Assembly (NCBI GenBank): GCA_964016885.1
Contig: OZ024740.1
Location: 358,546,001 to 358,610,000, forward strand
Reading direction: 5' to 3'
Length of the DNA: 64,000 nucleotides
DNA from: Eledone cirrhosa
Lineage: Eukaryota
The translations under genes were made by a program, and so were the position numbers. Shown here one piece after another: positions 58,541 to 64,000 of the stretch. The notes below the pieces were generated by a model. It saw only the letters and a program-made list of their open reading frames with translations. It was not told where the DNA came from and did no database searches. Position 1 is the first letter of the stretch. The number at the start of each line of letters is the position of its first letter.

Positions 58541-58751
58541 TATATATATATACACAGATAAATACACCAATTAATGGTAGGGTCCAAGCCGTATGAAGAA
58601 CTCAATATAATCTGTATGTAGAAGATGTCGTGAAGCAAAGTTTAAAATACAAAATTTCAACGATATAATTCATCATAATAATACAAAATAATACAAATAG
58701 TGAAATCAATGAAATTAAACAAAATACGGGTAATTCATAGTAAAACTCATT

Positions 58752-58880
58752 ATTTTACGATCGTTTCTGGGGGGTAGTTCTCCGTATGTTCATTCTATTA
58801 GTGATCTATGTAAAATATATTACAAATTATCAAAGTAAGAAAATATACATACGTCTTCCTTACCCGCCGTCTTCAGAAAT
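58752..58880 (-). ncRNA. Type I hammerhead with long stem II
   Basis: ATTT-CTGAAGA-CGGCGGGTA..CGTATG/CATACG..TACCCCCCA-GAAA-CGATCG-TA-AAAT. Confidence 0.72.
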
Positions 58881-58882
58881 GG

Positions 58883-58930
<48 letters not shown>

Positions 58931-59043
58931 TAAAAGGAATTTCAACTTTGTCTGATTTACTCGTTTTATTTACAATCCTTTAAAATTTATAATAGTATTA
59001 GAATGAAATAGTATGGTAGAATATTAAATGTTAAGTGTTAATT

Positions 59044-59080
59044 GAACAAGTACTTTCATGCTTTCACAATCTTCAGGTTC
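59044..59080 (-). ncRNA. Minimal type I hammerhead (left arm)
   Basis: GAAC-CTGAAGA-TTGT GAAA GCAT-GAAA-GTAC-TT-GTTC. Confidence 0.8.
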
Positions 59081-59155
59081 ATAATGTGTGGTGACAGTCA
59101 AGTTTGCAATTTTCAACTGTTGAAAATTGCAAACTTGACTGTCACCACACATTAC

Positions 59156-59192
59156 GAACCTGAAGATTGCGAAAGCATGAAAGTACTTGTTC
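59156..59192 (+). ncRNA. Minimal type I hammerhead (right arm)
   Basis: GAAC-CTGAAGA-TTGC GAAA GCAT-GAAA-GTAC-TT-GTTC. Confidence 0.85.
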
Positions 59193-59333
59193 AATTAACA
59201 TTTAATATTCTACCATACTATTTCATTCTAATACCATTATAAATTTTAAAGGATTGTAAATAAAACGAGTAAATCAGACAAAGTTGAAATTCCTTTTATT
59301 AATATAATCTTCTATACACAATCATACACACCC

Positions 59334-59441
<108 letters not shown>

Positions 59442-59452
59442 GGAAATACATC

Positions 59453-59493
<41 letters not shown>

Positions 59494-59504
59494 GGAAATA
59501 CATC

Positions 59505-59570
<66 letters not shown>

Positions 59571-60039
59571 GATGTATTTCCCCATTATAGGAATATTTGT
59601 AGAGCATGTGCTTTAGCTTAAAACATCCGTATAACATATCAATTAGCTGTGCAAATATGATCAGTCAACTGCTTAATATTGGTGTGACATTTAAAGAGAA
59701 ACGTACATTTTGAGAGCATTTTCATCATGATTAACACAAAAGCCGCCAACTTCTAATACAAATTCATTACACATTCTCATAAACGAAGCATTCAATGAAA
59801 TAAGCATATTGCCGCAATATAGAAATTATTCAGAGTTCTTTGCGTTGGATTATGCGATTTTACGAAGTAATACACATTAATATATTATTATTCCGTTAAA
59901 AATATATGTGTATGCATATTCATTTCACAATAGAAACACCTCTCAAATATTCTCACCGGCGATTGAGATAGTTGTAACATGGCCACAGCTTAATTCATTC
60001 ACAGCGTGATTCTTTTATTATAATACATAAGCATGCGGA

Positions 60040-60560
60040 CCTTATGCCTAAACCAGAAATCATTATATCATACATACACATATTGTGTATGCTTTCAGAA
60101 ATAACAACACAAACGGTACAGTATATAGAAGGAATATATCATTTTTGTCTTAATCTCATTCATTCTCAGCCCCACATCCATCGACACAGTCTCCACCTCC
60201 TTCATGTGTTTGTCACCAAAGCTAAGTCGTCGGCAAATTCACCATCCGATATCTTTTTTGCCTTAACTCTTCTGCTCTGAGCCGGTGTTACAGTAAAGCC
60301 AGAGTCCTGGTGTTTCTCTAGCGCAAGGCGCATACAATAGTCCACTACGATGATAAAAAGGTAGGGAGCCAATGTATCAGTGCTCCTGTGGGAGCCCCTG
60401 CATGGACACACTGAAAGAGGAGGACCGAAGTTAACATATCTTGATGCCCTAATGACAGACACTGGTCTGTTGGAGACGCAGGACATGTCAGCGATAATGA
60501 GGGACAGAGACCGCTGGAGAGAACTCGTCCATGGATCTCGGGAATTTTAACCGCCCTAGA
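60040..60560. mobile_element. RTE-type LINE fragment with internal inversion
   Basis: Minus ~60040-60385: DTLAPYLFIIVVD..FADDLALV; plus ~60385-60545: WEPLHGH..RGGPKLTYLD..MRDRDRWR. Confidence 0.75.
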
Positions 60561-60604
60561 TAGATATATCATTTTAAGCAAAAATGAGTTGTACCTGAAA
60601 TTCG

Positions 60605-60772
60605 ACGAGCCAGCCTTGTCACATTGTGTCATGCTGAATCTCTCTGAAAACTACATTAAGGGTATGCGTGTCTGTGGAATGCTCAGTCACTTGCACGTTA
60701 ATTTCACGAGCAGACTGTTCCGTTGATCGATTCAACTGGAATAATCGTCGTCGTAACCGACGGAGTGCCAGT
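60605..60772 (+). mobile_element. Further SINE-like repeat (3' part)
   Basis: Reverse-complement relatives at ~50300-50440 and ~53020-53180. Confidence 0.55.
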
Positions 60773-62536
60773 CAGTCATATGCTTTCATATACACTCGTA
60801 TTATGAACCACGTTATGTTAACATCACTGTTAATTAATCCTAGCCGGCCAAGTTCACAGTGTGCATTTGAACATCTCAGGCCGACGTTTCATGCACACAA
60901 AAATAAACAACATATAAGCTTTCGTTTATTCTTGTTTTAGTACTGAGTGAGTAAATGTCACCGATGACCGATAAAAATCCATTCTCCCCGGTATTGGGAT
61001 TGTTGTGACATAGCTACAGCTTAAAACATTGATATATGTTTATTATACATAAACCTACATAAGCAAATACATAAACCTATTGTATATCCTTTCATATACA
61101 AGCCTCTAATTTTCTTCTGATAATACAATTCAGTGCATCAATTCAGTTTGCAAATGGCATGCCCTATAGATTTTTTTACATTCTATATTGTTCTGTCTTT
61201 TAGCATATTTAGCAGTTCATCATGTTTTAGCATTTTGTTTGAAATGCCAATCATCAAAGTACTACTGTCAGTCTTAATATACACTAATTGCTGGCTCTTT
61301 CGCTTAATTCACATAGGATTTTCGCATTGTCATTTTATAAGCCAGTGAAGTGTTATATGAATATCACAGAATCTTTTCTTTAAGAAACTTAACATTAGTT
61401 GAAAGTATTATTATCTCGATGTATATTTAGATTGGGCTTATATTTGGATTACTGGTGAACTGTTTCAGAAAATAAATTACAACGATGACTATTGTCATTT
61501 GCATTCTTTCGATAGTGCCCGATAATGATGATGCTTTCCTGTAAAGTCCACGTCCCCAATTTGCAATGTCTAAATGAAATCGGTAGGGTTATGGTACACA
61601 TTTTCATTAAGAGTTGATCGGAGACTAAATTATAAAATCAACGTCTCCATTTCAATGAGATGTTTTTTTTCTATTTTCATTCAATCCAGGATGAACTTTT
61701 CTTGATATGTAAAGCACTTAGTTTACAGAGGTGACCTTGAAGGTGGTGACATTTTTATATCAATTCCATAGGTAAGTTGGCTTTTATTCTAAATCGTATT
61801 CTATTTCATGAAAGAATATTGTTATAATAAACCACTCACTACCTTTCTGGACACCTTAACCAATAAAGATACGTGTCATAAATTGAAGGTCGACCCACCA
61901 AAAGTGTCTCCACATGGGCACTTATCCAGCTAGAAATAACATCCACACCTCAACCCATTCACGCCCTCCTGTAGTAAAAGTATACAATGGACAACATAAA
62001 TAGACAAACGACATGGGACGGTCACAACTGTTCAAAAGGACAAAGATAAAATCCTTATTGAAATCAATCCATACTTTTGATTATTCTTTCATCAGTCATT
62101 ACTGTCTTGTTATTAAATAGCTAGCCTTTTCCGCTCTAACACTTAAATATGTATCTCTTCTGCTCTACATGTCATTCAATTCTAAAAATACTCACTAATT
62201 TTATTAAGCCGCATTCGGGAGAGTAGTTTATAAACTACGATAGATATATATGTTAGCTGTTGTCATTTTTTTGGGTGCCATTCTTGTTCTCCAGGTAAGA
62301 ATCAATCTAGATTATTGTTCAGTTTATTCAATAGTGTGCCGAATGTTTCTCATCATCACTAGTGTACTTATTCCTGTTCCCTTTTCATTGTATATTCTTT
62401 GCGTTCCTTAATATGTACATTCTTCCACTCCAAGGAATTTTAGAAGAGCTATAGGCAATATTCAATGATAGTTGTATCTTATCATGAAGACTTTAGCTAA
62501 TTCCTGGAAAGAAATGTCATTATTTTAAATGAATTG

Positions 62537-62722
62537 GCGGTGAATTGGCAGTATCGGTAGAGGGTCAGACATGCTTTCTAGCATAGTTATGTCCCTTTAC
62601 AATCTGAGTTCAAATCCCGCGAGGTTAACTTTGCCTTTCATCCTTACGAGGTCGATAAAATAAAGTACCAGTAATATACTGGGTAATTGCTGGCCTTGTG
62701 CCAAAAAGTAAAAACAATTATT
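62537..62722 (+). mobile_element. tRNA-derived SINE
   Basis: Full-length family copy; ATTATTTTAAATG on both sides. Confidence 0.9.
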
Positions 62723-63174
62723 TTAAATGCATTTCTATTATTGAAGGTTATCGGCAACATGTTATAATATATCTATCCAAGTATGAAACTAAAATCATTT
62801 CCCCTTCTTTTTGCAGTGGTACAATAGAAAATATTGCTAAATTGAACATTACTGTTTTTAAGTGATTTCACCTAAGATAGCATTTACCTAAATCATAAAA
62901 ATGCCTAAAAAAAAAAGATTTTCGTTGGTTAATCAGTAATATCATTAGGAATTCGAAATGAATCTGTTAAATTAAAGATCTGTTTCACTTCTATTTTCGA
63001 TGAAAATACACTTCAAAATTCATTCAACTGTTTATAACCTTCTAGAAGGACACTGAGTTTTGTTAGTTTCCGAGAGTATTAAGCCTGAGGATGTGAGTAG
63101 CTTTTCAATATATGAATATAAATATACCTTCATTCATTGAACTGTATTATTTCCACTATGTTATCTGTATTGTA

Positions 63175-63320
63175 GGCAGCAAATTAGCAGTCGTTAGAAC
63201 GTTGGATAGAAGACTTTATGGTATTCATTCCGGCTATCCGCTCTCTGAGTTCAAATCCTGCCGCGGTCAACTTTGCCTTTCATCCTTTCGAGGTCGATAA
63301 AAAAGTACCCGTCTAGTACT
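63175..63320 (+). mobile_element. Older SINE relative
   Basis: GAGTTCAAATCC B box and CTTTCATCCTTTCGAGGTCGATAA domain. Confidence 0.7.
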
Positions 63321-63616
63321 CTATATCACTTTCTCACTTACTCCCTCTCACTTCTGTACTCAGGTCTTGAGAGAGATGGGCTCCGCCAGGCTTAAAATGC
63401 CCAAGAAACGCCGTATGTCAATACAGCGCCCTACGACTCTCTCAGGAGCTACGGGACCATACATACATATGTATTGTAAGGTTTAGAAGGTCTACAAGCA
63501 CTAAAGGGGAGTAGGGCTTGAAAGGTTTCTAAGAATTGCTTTTAATATGTTGATGAAACAATCAACATGTTAACTACATCAAAAAGTATAAGCTGTTATT
63601 GTCGTTTAGCTTCAAA

Positions 63617-63792
63617 ATAATTGTTTCTACTTTTGGCACAAGGCCAGACATTACCCAGTACATTACTGGTACTTTATTTTATCGACCCCGTAAGGATAAA
63701 GGCAAAGTTGCCCTCGGCGGGATTTGAACTCAGAATGGAAAGGGCCGTAACTTTATGCGTCAAAGCATGACGTCCGACCTTCTACCGATACT
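63617..63792 (-). mobile_element. tRNA-derived SINE
   Basis: Family copy; duplication TAGCTTCAAAATAAT. Confidence 0.9.
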
Positions 63793-64000
63793 AGCTTCAA
63801 AATAATGTGTTCCAGCTAGGAATATCCTTGTTTTCATGAAGCATATTTCATCTAAGAATACATTATCCAATGTACCTTTCCTTTTCAAAATTGGAGAGTA
63901 TGATTTGGGGAAGTATTATCTGCCTGCTATTGCTATCAGGCCGGGCGAATGTATGTGTCAGTGCTAGTTTTGTGTGTATGTGGAAAAATAAATAATACTT

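Larger units (their letters stand above)
58923..59306. repeat. Near-perfect palindrome, ~190-bp arms, 1-nt spacer at 59118
   Basis: Direct reading: ..GCAATTTTCAAC-T-GTTGAAAATTGC.. Confidence 0.95.

Overview
AT-rich eukaryotic (metazoan) non-genic or intronic DNA. The tRNA-derived SINE families suggest an octopus/cephalopod genome (inference). No host protein-coding exon can be supported, and most ORFs in the track are translations of (TA)n/(CA)n microsatellites. The window is a nest of retroelements: a nearly intact R4/Dong-like RLE non-LTR element in an (AAT)n array (3514-7472), several Penelope-like elements (PLEs) with inverted/tandem pseudo-LTRs inserted in (TA)n arrays, RTE, Tx1-like and CR1-like LINE fragments, about a dozen copies of one SINE, and an internally deleted mariner. 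Reading both strands by hand gives about 30 type I hammerhead ribozyme (HHR) motifs from roughly 15-20 unrelated repeat families, several with covariation between copies. They include non-canonical cores (A4 fixed in one family, U3-A8 swaps, recurrent U10.1-U11.1), family-specific palindromic stems III, and ORF-less tandem retrozyme-like units. Also notable: a ~260-bp tandem/inverted unit carrying a tRNA-like cloverleaf instead of an HHR, and a multi-pseudoknot RNA in the 5' UTR of the R4/Dong element. All structures were folded by eye; none has been tested.
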